DNA of 61,900 nucleotides, filler included, from Octopus bimaculoides (lineage: Eukaryota): NCBI RefSeq assembly GCF_001194135.2. It is 4 parts of 4 records of this genome, joined end to end, with 100 filler letters (N's around TTAATTAATTAA, not from the genome) between each part and the next. Parts side by side here need not be neighbours in the genome. Positions count along the whole stretch, not along the records: positions 10,395 to 37,560 come from NC_068981.1; positions 37,661 to 51,753 come from NC_068983.1; 2 more parts are not named here. One strand, given 5' to 3'. The translations under genes and the position numbers were made by a program. The notes under the pieces were generated by a model that was not told where the DNA came from, ran no database searches, and saw only the letters and a list, made by a program, of their open reading frames with translations. This document shows, piece by piece, positions 24,845 to 38,573 of the stretch. Position 1 is the stretch's first letter. The number at the start of each line of letters is the position of its first letter.

Positions 24845-26130
24845 TTTTCTGTCACAACGCGGACGTTCTGTAGCAAACCAACAGATGCTAGCATACGGTT
24901 GCGTGCACAGTGAGAGGTATCAGTGACTTTTTTGAGGCAATGTACCGAGTCACTTCACTGTTTACTTCGCTATTTAATGACATTTGTGTTTTTGTGATCA
25001 CGTGTACGCTCTAGTCTGCAAATTTGTCATGGAGACGAAGTTGACCTAACTTGAAATTTTGCGGTGAACACGCGAAGTCTGCTACACAGACATTGGGCGT
25101 ACTACAGCAAGCTTACTGAGATGAGGCAATGGGTCGTACTCAATATTTCGAGTGGCACGGGCGCATCACATGCGGAAGAACATCCATCGAAGATGAACGA
25201 TCTGGAAGACCTGCCATGAACGTCACCCCAGGATATGCGGATATATTTCATCAGCTTTTACTTGAGGATCGTTGCAAGCCAATCAATGACATTGCTGATG
25301 TCCTTGGTTGGTTGGTTGGTTGTTTGAGTCCGTGCAGGCAACTAAAACGTTTGGATTGAAGATGCAGCGTTTCTCTGCTGATGAGTGAGCAGAAAAACAA
25401 CACCACATCGAAATCTGTCAGGATCTCCATCAGCATGCCGCTGATTTCGCATCGTTTATCTGAGGATCATCACCAGTGACGCGAGTTCTGTCGATGTCTA
25501 CGATCCTGAGACTAAGCAGCAGTGGTCACAATGGAAGGGCCCTCCATCTCTGACCGAAGACGGCATAACAAAGCCGCAGCTGAATCAGGACCATGCTCAT
25601 CGTTTTTTTCCACATTCGCGACATTGTGCATCGAGAATTCTTAGACCATGGACAGACCGTGAACTATGAGTTCTAATGCGGCATTTTGAAGCGTTTGAGG
25701 GAAGACATTTGGCGAAAGCGACGGGATCTGTGGAGCGCGAACAATTGGATCCATCACGATGGCAATCATTGTCACCGATCTCTCCTCGCTCGTGCGTTTC
25801 TCGCCAAAAACGACATCGTGTCACCTCTGCACCCGCACTACTCGCCAGATTTATCACCCACAGACTTCCATGTCTACCCCAAGATAAAAATGTAGCTCAA
25901 AGATCACCGTTTTAACACTATTATTAAGATCCATAATGAATCGCAGAAGGGCCTTGACTCACTTGCGGAAAACGATTTCCAGGCTGAATTCCAAAAGTAA
26001 CAGGCACACTGGGACAGGTGTATTGCTGCGCAAGCTGACTATTTCCATGGATTTGATCTTCAAAGTTAGGTAAATAAGTTATTTTTTATTGAACATAACT
26101 AGTCCGGGAACGTGTTGATACCACCTCGTA
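24845..26130 (+). mobile_element. Near full-length (~1.29 kb) defective mariner transposon
   Basis: MGRTQYFEWHGRITCGRTSIEDERSGRP; LKRLREDIWRKRRDLW...IHHDGN...HPHYSPDLSPTDFHVYPKIK; right TIR ACTAGTCCGGGAACGTGTTGATACCACCTCGTA. Left TIR eroded; frameshifts present. Confidence 0.9.
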
Positions 26131-28547
26131 ATCCCTTATCTCAGTTTTGCTTTTGGGCTTATTTCTAGATGTCTACTGCTCCTAAAGTAGAAAGGCGTAA
26201 CTATATAGATTCGCAACGAGTGACACTTTCTGTTTACATTTTTGCTATACATTAGCTGCCGGAACATGTGCATACGAATAACATTCTACTGGCATAACAA
26301 GTATTTCTCTTTCACGTTTCTGTTCAAGCAGTTTAATCCATTTACATTTGTTTTACATGGAACAATAGCATGTCTAAGGTCATGCCAGTGTTTTAATGCC
26401 TGATATAGACGCTTTGTGAACAGTTTTCTCTTTATAACTCAATAGTTTTTTTTATTGTAGTGAGACTATATGTCTGGGCTGACATTATGCCTCTCGCTCC
26501 ATTCATTCATCTAACACAATTTCTCTCAGTGTCATTGGTACCAGTATTTATTATCATTTTCTAGTCAAGGTTCTTAGTAGCGGTTTAAGTCAAAATCATC
26601 TCTTTCCGTTGAACAGACACGGCAAATATATGGAGGGATTGCTTTACTGCAGACAGCTCTGATTTCTATAATTTTCGAAGCCTGCTGAAGTATACTATTG
26701 TCATTCTAATTTTACCCGTAGGGCCAACAAATTCTCACCAATAAAAATGTACTTAAAGCATCTATAAATGGCCATTAATATTCATATTCATTTCGTGGTC
26801 CAAAATCATTTATGATTGACTAGTAAATATGAACAATTATTCTGTTTAAACGCCATTACTGTGTCTCGCGAGAATTCTGTTTATCTCTGGGTGTCGTAAA
26901 TATTATTTGCATATAACCTGTGGTCATCACCAGAAATGTGTAGGTGAGACTTTGCACTTAATACTATCTAATAGTCTTTTATAATCTGACTTTCTTTTTT
27001 TCTTTCAAAAAGATGTCACCTATTTTAGTTGTATATTCTTGTTACGATCGATTGCTTTTACTACTATCTATTGGCAAATGGTAAATGCAACAAAGTACAA
27101 TAAGTTGTTGAATGTGCAAAGTTTGGAAATTTCTGTTTGTGTTAGATGTTCTTATCAATTTTATCGATCACAGATAATGTCGTGTCGGTAGATTTCGTAT
27201 CGCCTAGTGCCATAATTCTTCTTTCATGCAGTTGTTTCTTGATGTAAATGGTGAAGCGTTGCTTGAATTTTGATGCGAATTGAGTTTTGTGTTGTTTATA
27301 TTCTTCATTCATTTCTGTTTTATTTCTTCAGAAGCATCTACCACTCTGAAGTGTAATGGCAGCAGTCGATTTGTTTGTGGTTCGTGTCCTTTACAGATTT
27401 CTCGGGAGATGAACATACTGGTCAGCTCATTTAATGGGTGTCTTTAGTAACGGATATGAATAGCTAGGCCTGCTGTCGCGAGTGGCAGTGAAAATTGAAT
27501 ACTTATGTTATTTTACATTCCACCACCAGTTCGGCATTTTATATTCCAGCACCACTTTGTCACTTTCAGAACAAATATTTAGGTCTTTGTTCAATTGAAA
27601 GTTACACTGAAATTTATCTCGATACTTGGTCGACCTACTATAATTGACCTTAGTCCCACGTCTTACCCTGACATATGTCATAATAGTCCCAAGTATTAAT
27701 TTTCAGTTGATTAAATCTTCATTACACATACAATTTTCTCTAACAAGGTGCTTCATCGTATTTATCTGAAGACGATATCAATTACTTACAAGGTTTACAG
27801 GAAAATATTCGTTACACGGCATACGAGTCATCTATTTATCACAACATGATTAAATGCGACGCCATATCATATGTATGCCCACACAACATGCATAAGCGTA
27901 TTGTTAATCTGCATAACTTTTGTAAAAAGTCGAAATTCATTTCTAACTACCAGACAAACAGTTTCACTGCGATCCAGATATCCCAATCTGTAAGGTTACA
28001 CGTTATATTGCTAAAGTTTCATACATATATTTGCTGTTCAGCTTGTAGGTTACTTTTGCAGAATACATTTTTTCCTTTTTCCTTTTGTGTTTTCTTCTTC
28101 CTTTTTCCTTTTCTTTTGTCAAAAGAAACTTAAATTGCCTGAAAATATAAACGCTCAATGTTCAAAATAATATTCACATTTTTCTAAGTTTTTCAGTGCG
28201 AAGACTAGAAACGCTGGGGACAAAATATCCGTAGTAGTAAATATTCCTTTCGCTTTCATTACTTTTTTCTTGCTTACATTCTTTCTTTGGTTCTTTTTTT
28301 TTTTTCTTGAGAAAAAATATATCGCAATGTTTCATTTACATTTGGTGAAGAATATTTACGCTGATAGTAAACCAATATTCGTAATGCATAATGTGAAGAT
28401 GTTCTCAAAATTAGCAGTAAATTTCTGAATAATTATCCCAGAAACGTCCTTCCCACATTGTTCTACAACAAAACCAATCAACGTAACAATGATAATAGTT
28501 GAAAAAAATAACGCTTTCAAATTAAGATACGAGGACAGCACATTCAG

Positions 28548-28840
28548 GTAGGGGACAAGTCGACTAAATCAACTCCAGTATTCAACTAGTACTCATTCTA
28601 TCGACCCCTAGAGGATGAGAGGTAAAATTAACCTCGGTAGAATGTAAAGCCGGACGAAACATCACTAAGCATTTTGTCCGGCGTGGTAACGATTCTGCCC
28701 AGTCACCACCTAAACAATTATTATAATAACGATTTTAAATTTTGGTACTAGGCCAGTAATTTCGGGACAGGAGCAAGCAACTTGATTACTACGAAATACC
28801 GCTAGTCATTTTTCTTGGCGTACTAACCACTCCGCCTTTA
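28548..28840 (-). mobile_element. Two degenerate SINE family B copies
   Basis: Reverse-complement matches to the family B head (AACGATTCTGCCCAGTCACCACCT; CTCCGCCTT) and to the AGTACT...ATCGACCC module. Confidence 0.65.
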
Positions 28841-28899
28841 ATAATAATGATAATAACGACAAAAATTACAAATACTGTTTCTACTTGTAGAAGTAATAG

Positions 28900-28953
28900 T
28901 AACAGTATCATCATCATCGTCATCCCCAGCATCAGCAGCAGCTTTAGCAGAAG

Positions 28954-29040
<87 letters not shown>

Positions 29041-29078
29041 GCGTAGCAGCAGCAGCAGCAGTAGCAGCTGCAGCAGTT

Positions 29079-29142
<64 letters not shown>

Positions 29143-29206
29143 CAGCAGCAGTAGCAGTTGTAGTAGTAGTAGTAGTAGTAGTGGTAGTAGTAGTAGTAGT
29201 AGTAGT

Positions 29207-29302
<96 letters not shown>
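28900..29302. repeat. Compound (AGC/AAC/AGT)n microsatellite
   Basis: Directly visible. Confidence 0.95.
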
Positions 29303-29303
<1 letters not shown>

Positions 29304-30266
29304 TGCATATATATGTGTATTTGTAGAAGTCATTATTGCATATAGAAGGATTCATTATCTTCAATGAAAGATGGGAAGCAATTTTAGAGCAAAGTTTAAA
29401 GAGATTACTTGTTTTAGCGCATAAAGTATCATTATGAACTAAATATATCTCGAAGAATTTATTGTAGACTCAAATGATTTAATTCTTCTCACTTCTGACC
29501 ACATCTTGGTAATCATTGTATTATGGCGAGTTTTGTCAAATTCATCATCATTGTTGCCTTGCTGTTGCAATAACAACGGTAACTTCTCATGTGATGTAAG
29601 CATCTGAAATGTTTTATTGGAATAGAACAGATGTGAACTGTAGTACAAGACTGAAAATGCTGATTGCACGTCGTGTAATAAAAATAAGTACATTGTAGAA
29701 AGTTGTATGGAGAAATAGGCTTTATTTTACCTAACGCAATGTCATACAAGCTCAATCTAATTTAGTTCACATCAGCTTTATATGATATATTATTCTGAAT
29801 ACAATAATGTTCAGAGACGACTAAGGTGAAGATTTCTAATTTGTAACTCAGCTTTATATCCGCACAAAATGTGTTTTGGTCAAATTCCGGTCTATTTCTA
29901 TTGCATGTTTTTTTATTGATTATAACTATTTCTGCAATCGAAAATATTTCTAATGAAAAACTTTCCATTGTCTACAAAGAAAATTGTATAATGAAATCAT
30001 AATTTGCAGTATTTTTTGTACTATTCATCATACATCTCTTACGTTTGTTTCTAAAATACATACTTTCAATCTGACGCTTACGTATAATCGCACAAAAGTA
30101 AGCAAATATTGCCGTCGTTTCAACTCTCAACTATTTCGTTTGCGAATTGTGGATTCTGGTTACGTTAAGTATATAGTTAATAAATAGATTTAGCTAAATA
30201 ACTTAATGAATTACTTTTCATACAGATTTCTTCTGTAATTACTCTCAATGTTGTATATATAAATAT

Positions 30267-30354
<88 letters not shown>

Positions 30355-31909
30355 CTGTGTGCTCGCGCTCGCATTCATACATACACACGCATATTCTTTT
30401 TATGTGTAGCACCAGAGTGTTGTAGATTTATTGTTTCCGTGTGTACCTGTCAACAACTAATGTCGATTTCGTCGGCTACAGTCCCCCTTAATATGTGACC
30501 TTGCGCTTGAATTATAAATTCATATAAATATTCATCTACAACGGTGTATATATAATGAATGCATATACTGTCGCAAGTATGTTTGTATTTGGGTTGTGAG
30601 AGCAATAGGATTATAAACTGCGTATCAAGACATTTACGATGAAAACTGTTATATGATAAATCACAACACATAGCTGCAACCATAGCGAAAATTAATCTTT
30701 CTCTCTTCATGTCTGACTCCTGCAATCTATCCACATATACATATTACGTGTGTGTATGCGATGCACTTGTTTGTATGCGCGTGCAGTTTAAAGAGCTTGC
30801 ACCTCAATCAGTGAGACAATATCTTATATTCATCCCTAATGGAAATACTCATAGAAAATAATTAATATATAATAAATACGTATCATTCTGACTGTGCCAA
30901 CAACAGGATAATAAACTGCCTGCCAAGATCGTCGGTGCCTTAAAAACAGAAGGCTCTATTCAAAGCTAAATGGATTTGCAACTTCCTACTCTTATATATC
31001 TTTCATTTATCTCTCTTTAAATGTATCTCCTCTGTGTGTGTGTATATATATATATATCTGCACGTGCATGTATGTCTTTACGTGTGTGCTTCAGTAAATA
31101 TACATTCAAACTTTATCTCTCTGTTTTTATTGTTTACTTTGTTGTGGTTTCTAGCACCAACAAAACACAATATACAAGTCTATCTAGCGAGGATAACGTG
31201 AGATATTTGTGATGATACCAGAATCAAAAGCTTACAGAACTATAGGCATTTCTTCTTCATATACATTATACATCTCCACTTATAGAATATTGTTTACAGC
31301 ATGCTAAATAAATGCACATAGAACAATTTTGAGCAACCCAGTAGACGAATAAAAGGCTAGAACATTATATATTTTGTAATGATGCACAATCCATATCATC
31401 AATGTAATCCATACCACCTAAGGTCCGCTAGTTACAATTGTGTAACATCAGACAAAGTAACAAATTAAATGTATAATTATTAATCGAATACGTGTTCAAA
31501 GCAAACGGCTCCAAACAACATGTAGTAATTATTATAAACGTCTGCGTTAGACCTAAACCACAATGATAAAACGTCAATGACATAAAAATGCCGTCGCCGC
31601 GGTACGAGAGCTCTTACATAGCAAACTGTATATCAGTGTAACAACAAGAAGACGAATATTTCTAATTGGAAATATCAAGTGTAAAAGCAGAAATCGGATC
31701 GACTGTGTAAAAATCCCTTCATTTGAAGAAATATGTATTAGTTATGTAGGAATCGCCTCATTTGAAGAAATATATATTAGGTATGTAGGTATTCCCGCCA
31801 GTAACCTGCATGGAATTAACGTCATCAATGTCTTTCAAATCCATTTAAGCGTTCCGTTGAAAGCATGTGATAAGAAAATGTCTTATATATTCTATTTTTC
31901 ATCTTTTAG

Positions 31910-31933
31910 AACTCCTGTGGAGTAAGAAGAAAG
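31910..31933 (+). other. Candidate 24-nt microexon
   Basis: TCTTATATATTCTATTTTTCATCTTTTAG|AACTCCTGTGGAGTAAGAAGAAAG|GTAAGG: pyrimidine tract plus AG, frame-preserving length and a consensus donor. No expression evidence. Confidence 0.3.
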
Positions 31934-33689
31934 GTAAGGAGAAAAATAAAATAACAATTTCTGATAACTAAATAATTAGAAGAACAATAAAGCTAGTATC
32001 GATTTAGATTTAAGTTTTCGCAGAATCAATAGCAAAACCGATCCTAGTATTAATTTGTAACAGAGCAATATTCACTTTAAAATATCTAAGGAAGGACTAC
32101 TGCTTTTAGTATTACGTTTTCCAAATTTCATCGTAAGCCAATCCGTATATGTGAAAGTTACTTGTAAAGAATGTTCTATGAACTTGCGTGGTCAATGTCA
32201 ACTGATTTACCACGTCCATCAAACCGCAATATCTGAGCCCAATGTGGATTGGTTAAAATAATATTAGTAAGCTTCACCCTGTGGTGCCTATCAGAAAATA
32301 CTGAAAGTAAGATTTTAATCATTTACGATCAGTTGTCACTTGTGAAGCGCATTGGCCGATTGTTAATGTTGCTACATAAACATTTACGTGATGTTTGTCA
32401 CAGTGTACTAGAGATATCGTTAAATTGTCAACGTACAAAAATAAAATGTGAAAATCACACTATGTTGGAATATATGATTGACAAGTATATGTACCTGCAT
32501 ATCTATCTCACAATACGTATGTAGTTATATGTGTATGTTTCTGTACGTGTGTGCGTGTGAGTGTACAATGGCAATTATGCATAATCAGACATGCTCATTA
32601 TACATATCAGTAGGTGTGTTTTCTTAAATAATCAATCTAAGTAACTCACATATAAACGTGCGCGTAGAGATACACTAATTCATTATAAATACTATCCAAT
32701 GTTTATTGTTATGAATATATATATATATATATATAAAGCTAATGTTGCCGGTAACATGTGCAACGGAATAAATGCACCGCACATTCATACATAACATACA
32801 CACTTACATAAATATATATGTTGGTGTGTTTGTGAGTTTGTATGTATATATGTATCTGTATTGCAAAGAATAAGAATTGATTCTCTGGTATAAATCATTT
32901 GTTCATTGAATAAGGAATAGTGTGAGAACAGCATATTTAAACGTCCAATAGAGTAAAAATGGGAAAACGGAAAACTCAATGCTTGCAATTTTAAATTTCA
33001 CACTGTTGGGTTTCAAAATTATATTAGAAACATTTTCTCCACTTCGGACTGTTTGTTGTTCATAAAAAACAGTAATAGCTACATTGAACACAAATTTAAA
33101 GATGCATGTTTACATACATGTGTAAGAAGTATGTGTAAGAATTTTGACGGTATCGATATAGCGAATGATGTTTTGGGTCTCGAAAGTAATGATTATTTAC
33201 GACTCAGGGCAACGTTCAATCAAGTAGGAGTATAACATACGGCTTCCCTATTTCCGCCAAAGGTAGATTAACAGAAACACTTGAGTATATAAGATTTGGT
33301 GCAAAGATAAACACACAAAACACTTCTGCCACATTACATTGCTTCGCTTCCGATTCTCATGATAGAATATAGTAAAAAGAATGTCTCTGTCTTCCTCGCT
33401 CTCTCCCTCTTTCTGCGTGTCTCTTTCTCCTTACACATTTATATATATCCTATTCAAGGTAAGACTACGAGAAATGCTTCCACAAAAGACCTTCTGTGAG
33501 ACTCATAAGCCCTACTAGATCGGACATCGGCTGACTTAGTAAGTGTATACGAAATAAAATCACAGTTGTACTTACTCCAAAAATTTGATTTAATTTATGG
33601 TCTAACACTGAGGAATGTCATAATCTGATTTAAATCATTACAGAAGAGAAATAAATACTCGTTCCTCTAATTTTATATAAATGCATACT

Positions 33690-34495
33690 ATTCAAGTGTA
33701 TCCCCCATACTCCTAAATAAGGCCCTAATTTATGCAAGAAACCCATTACTAAAGATAAGATTGGAAGTATTCTATTAGCTAGAATTACAATTGAATTTGA
33801 GGGTAGACTGTGGAGGAGAAGCGAAACCCCTGGCAAATTTGATATAGCCATAGGGCCAAGCTACTGGGTCCAGGTTTGTAACATTGTAGGAATCTACCTT
33901 TTGCATTGCATGGTGAACGAGTTCCCAGATCTTCATGTTGGTCTGTATGAAGTCGACGCTCTCTCTGTCACACCCACTAATAGCAAAGTTATAATTAAAA
34001 GAACTCGCAAAAAAATTATGAAATTCTTCTGTAACATTACCCTAGAATTGATTTTCGAACTGAGGACTAAAATAGTTAAATTTCTTGACGTCTTGCTAAA
34101 CCTAAAATCAGGATTATACAAGCCCTAAAGGAAACCAGATCAAATCAACAGATATGCTAGCAAATTCGGCAATCACTCCCTCGCCCGTTAATAATTTAAG
34201 GTATGCAATAAGGAAGAAAGAAAAGTCGATAGATATGACAGGTTAGCTTGGGAGGTTAAGCAGTTGTGGTCGATGAAAAAGGTGGTAGTAGCACCAATAA
34301 TTGTCGGAGCCCTGGGAACAATCAGTAAAAATCTTGAGAAATACATGGAACAAATAGGCGCTGCGATAAGGGTGCAGCACTTGCAGAAATCAGCACTGCT
34401 TGGAATCACTCGAATACTCCGGAAAGTGTTCGAAAAATAAGTAGCGAACAGGTGACACCGTAAAACATCTCCAGCCTTAGAAGCTGTGCAAAGGC

Positions 34496-34566
<71 letters not shown>

Positions 34567-35000
34567 TAAACTTGACCAGGTTGTCAAGAATGTTGAGGGA
34601 ATATGAACCACGAGCAATGACAACAGGGCAGTTAATAACGTTTGTACCAATAAGGACAATGACCATATTGGCAAGAACATATATAAAAATGAAGTTAAAA
34701 ACCAGAACAAAAGTTCTTCACTCAAACCTCAAATTAATTATAGCGATAAGAAGTATAGCGTACATAAAAGTAAAAACGGGAATAAACTCGACGTAACATG
34801 GTTTAACCCTCCCTTCAATTACGTAATATATACTAATAACAGTAGAAAATTATCTAGTATACTAAAGTGCAATCTCTCCCCTCACACAAGTATTACCGTT
34901 TATTCTCCCGTAGAGTCGCTTGAGTCTCCTGCATAACACTCCCCAATCTAGGTACAATTATAGTTGACCTGAATAAGAAACATATCCATGGCCAGCAGTA
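33690..35000 (+). pseudogene. Degenerate Penelope-like element (RT and linker), split by a Dong-type insertion
   Basis: FDIAIGPSY..QVCNIVGIYLL...VGLYEVDAL (cf. GLYRDDGL)...VKFLDVLLNLKSGLYKP*RKPDQ...GNH. Resumes after 34565 with VTWFNPPFNY (~34790). Confidence 0.75.
34195..34563 (+). mobile_element. 5'-truncated R4/Dong-type LINE: open RLE C-terminus, 3' UTR and (AAT)n tail
   Basis: Stop-free frame 34195-34440: KVDRYDRLAWEVKQLWSMKKVVVAPIIVGALGTISKNLEKYMEQIG...LQKSALLGITRILRKVFEK*. TAATAAT at the 5' junction; (AAT)n at about 34510-34563. Confidence 0.8.
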
Positions 35001-36030
35001 GTAGTAATACCGCTAGCAGCACTGCTTCTAATAAAAATAGCAGTAGGATAAAATATTTATGACATTAATATACCTCCTATCACTACTATCTCATCTGACA
35101 TTAATACTGTACACAACAATGCCAGCAGGAAGCATGTCCTTTCAGTTAATAGATATTATATTGACATCTGTCATCCTCTTACTAAAAGAGATTGCAGTAG
35201 TAGCAACTCCGCCACAACTATCAATAGGGAGTGCGGTACGGTTTCCACTAGCTTAAGCTCACACCATACTGTTCCCTACTAACATAAAACTCTCTTCACT
35301 AGCTGTAATGACAGCTCACCGACTCCCATTCAAGTTGTCGATCTGTTAAACTGTACTTTTACTAACACTATTATTCTATAAAAAAATAGGTGTTATTCGG
35401 TTGACTTCGTACCCTCCCCCAACTTTCAAACAATATCCACAGAATACCTCGCTAAATTCTGTGTATCACTACCCCACTCTCCCTGTTCTCTAGCGTTAAC
35501 TACCGAATCTTAAACTTCGACCCTATGCCTGATTGCCTTGTATGCTTTTATTTTCCTTCATCCTTATTTTTGCCTTATTTATCCTTTCTTTCTATATCTT
35601 TATTTTATATTAGGACCGCACTGCCCAACCCACTGCCGTACCCCTATTATAATAAAATATCTCCTACACCCCACTCCAGTTTACGGAATAACCAGTCTAG
35701 TAGATTCCTATCTCACACGAGTCGCTGAACTTAGACATTATATTGTACACTTTCAAGTACTATGTTCTTAATCTCAACGGCCAACTTTGTTGGCTATTCT
35801 CCAATTTCATATTTCACCTCAACAGACTTCAGCCACAAACCTGCTGCACTCTTGAAATATTCTTTTGCTTGTACCAACAACGTACTTTTATACCAACAAC
35901 GTACTTTTCAAAGAAATACAAATAAGGTTGGTTTTCTCTGTATAAAAATAAAACCGGAATATCCTACTTGACACTTACCAAGGAGGCCAGAACGATAGAT
36001 TTATCCAACCCTATGACGTCAGGTCGACCA

Positions 36031-36535
36031 GGTAGGGTTGCATAAGTGTAGTAAGTAGCTCGCTTGCCAACTACGTGGTTTCGAGTTCAGTTCCACTGTG
36101 TGGCACCTTGGGCAAGCGTCTTCTACTATGGATTCAGACCGACCAAAGCGTTGAGAGTAGATCTGGTACACGGAAACTGAAATGAGCTCGTCGTATGTGT
36201 GTGTGTGTGTGTGTGTGTATGTGTGTGTGAGTGTGTGTGTATGTGTGTGTGAGTGTGTGTGTGTGTATGTGTGTGTGTGAGTGTGTGTGTGTGTATGTGT
36301 GTGTGAGTGTGTGTGTGTGTGTGTGTGTCTGTGTTTGTCCATCCACCATCGCTTGACAACCGATACTGGTGTGTTTACTTCCCCGTAAGTTAGCGGTTCG
36401 ACAGAATATCGATAGAATAACTACTAGGCTAACGAAGAATAAGTTCTGGGGTGTAGAATAACAAAGAATGAGTTCTGGTTTGACTAAAGGCGGTGCTCCG
36501 TCATGGCCGCAGTCAAATGACTGAAACAAATAAGA
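36031..36535 (+). mobile_element. SINE family A, full length with expanded internal (TG)n
   Basis: Head, internal tract at about 36195-36330, and 3' module ending GCCGCAGTCAAATGACTGAAACAA. Confidence 0.9.
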
Positions 36536-36632
36536 TATACATATATGTGCTTAAATGTGCGTATGTATGTATGTATGTATGTATGTATGTATATATGAGC
36601 GTAAGTGTGTGTATGGGTGTATGTAAGCAAGT

Positions 36633-36674
<42 letters not shown>

Positions 36675-36728
36675 CTGTGTGTGTGTGGTGCTCCAGCATG
36701 GCCGTAGCCACTTGGTTGAATCCCATAA

Positions 36729-36793
<65 letters not shown>

Positions 36794-37375
36794 TGTATCT
36801 CTCTATATCTATCTGTATGTATGTGTGTGTGAGTGTATGAGTGAGTGTGTGTGCATGTGTTTGTTTTTGGGTGTGTGTAAGTTTGTGTGTATCTTCTGTT
36901 AGTATGCTATCATACGTGTATATGAAGAACCACTCATCTGAAGCTGTCTTACATAAAATAAATCCATGGTGTTACAAGAGGAATCTTCTTTCAAATTTGT
37001 TATTTTAAAAAGTATGATTCATAGAAATATACAAAATATTACTAAGACAAAATAAGCTATTCATTCAAAAAGCAGAAATTACAATATACTTAAAGTTTCA
37101 AAGGCTATACTGAAACAGGTGGGATATTTAGATGCCACGACGGAATATTGACGAACGAGAACATGAAAGGAATATATATTTATCGTGAACAAACAACTTT
37201 TATTGGAAATATATCAATATGTCTACATCTAGCAATCTATTCTTTTCTTTCTCATCACAGATACATATATACTTATGCTGTTCATATATATCTACATATA
37301 TATATATATATATATATACAAAATGGCTGATAGTTAGCAAGGTGAGACACACATAAGAAAGAAGAAGGAAACAAA

Positions 37376-37420
37376 GGACCACTGATGAGGTCACAGAAGT
37401 GTGACGAAAGAACTCTGGCC
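37376..37420 (+). ncRNA. Type I minimal hammerhead ribozyme-like motif
   Basis: GGACCA-CTGATGA-G-GTCACA(GAAG)TGTGAC-GAAA-G(AA)C-TC-TGGCC: intact core, 6-bp stem II with one bulged G, minimal stem III, CUC triplet, and stem I CCA/TGG. Confidence 0.6.
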
Positions 37421-37660
37421 GAAATAAGATTAAGATTAAGATTAATGTAATATAAAGCTGAAAAAAAAAAAAATAATAACACCAAATATACAGTGCGTGT
37501 GTTTTTATTGGCTAAACTGGCAATATGACCATCCCCAAGTACAACAATATATATATATATNNNNNNNNNNNNNNNNNNNNNNNNNNNNNNNNNNNNNNNN
37601 NNNNTTAATTAATTAANNNNNNNNNNNNNNNNNNNNNNNNNNNNNNNNNNNNNNNNNNNN

Positions 37661-37973
37661 GGTACAGGTGTCAATCTATTACGGTCGTTTCTAACGACTC
37701 CTTTAATTGATTAATGACAGCATTATATCATTGTAAAGAAAAACGTTTTCGTCAGATGAATTCATGAACTTCAAAATAAGGGATATTCAGAATAAAGGAT
37801 ATTCAAAATGATTCGTCCTTAGATTTTAAACTATGTTACATCATTTTGAATGTCCTTTATTTTGAAGTTCATAAATTCATGTGACGAAAGTCGTTTCTTT
37901 AGAATTGTGTAGTAATGTTTTCATTATTAAATTGAGTCTTTAGAAACGGCCTTAAAGGATTGATACCTGCACC
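37661..37973. mobile_element. ~310-bp foldback MITE
   Basis: Left end GGTACAGGTGTCAATCTATTTACGGTCGTTTCTAACGACTC versus right end reverse complement GGTGCAGGTATCAATCCTTTAAGGCCGTTTCTAAAGACTC; inner inverted block TTTCGTCA.ATGAATT.ATGAACTTCAAA. Confidence 0.8.
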
Positions 37974-38537
37974 TCTACTGTTATTCACATTTTATTCACT
38001 TGTCTAGGAATCTGCCTTTCGTAAATATTATGGACTGTATATTTAATATAATGTACATGGTTAAATAGCTGAAGAACAGATTTCTTCACTCAGCTGGATC
38101 TAACTGTCTACATACGCTGCAATAATATCTTTCAGTTAGTACTTATATACCAAGTTTGATATTTACATAATAGTGTTGTGTTTGTATATTATTCCGACCT
38201 AACGAGGTGCCTCAGCTTAAGTACCTAATTTAAATAAATCTTACTCATATGTGTGCGTGTGTGTGTGTGTAGTTTGTATGCTTGCACTTTATAAACTCTA
38301 ATAGATATAGCTTGTAAAGTCCGGTAGAAATTGTTGAAATCACAATAACGTATACACACCAGCCCCGGTTGTGTGACACACACATAAATACTCCGCGCAG
38401 ACATGCAGGCACATAACACGCTCTTTGACCGCGTAATGTGAAACATGTTTCCGAAGCTAACTAATCAACCATCCCATCGTCTCCTGCCTCTATATGAGTG
38501 TGTGTGTGTGTGTTTGTGTGTTTGTTTGTGCGCGCGC

Positions 38538-38573
<36 letters not shown>

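Noticed and set aside
27320-27425. Exon-like segment reading TLKCNGSSRFVCGSC (integrin-beta-like Cys motif)
   Set aside because: Weak donor, and the similarity does not extend; the opposite strand looks more like a TE remnant.
28789-29364. Poly-L/T/S/Y/V ORFs
   Set aside because: (AGT/AGC)n microsatellite.
29439-29968. Cluster of short minus-strand ORFs
   Set aside because: No motif I can assign; would need TBLASTX.
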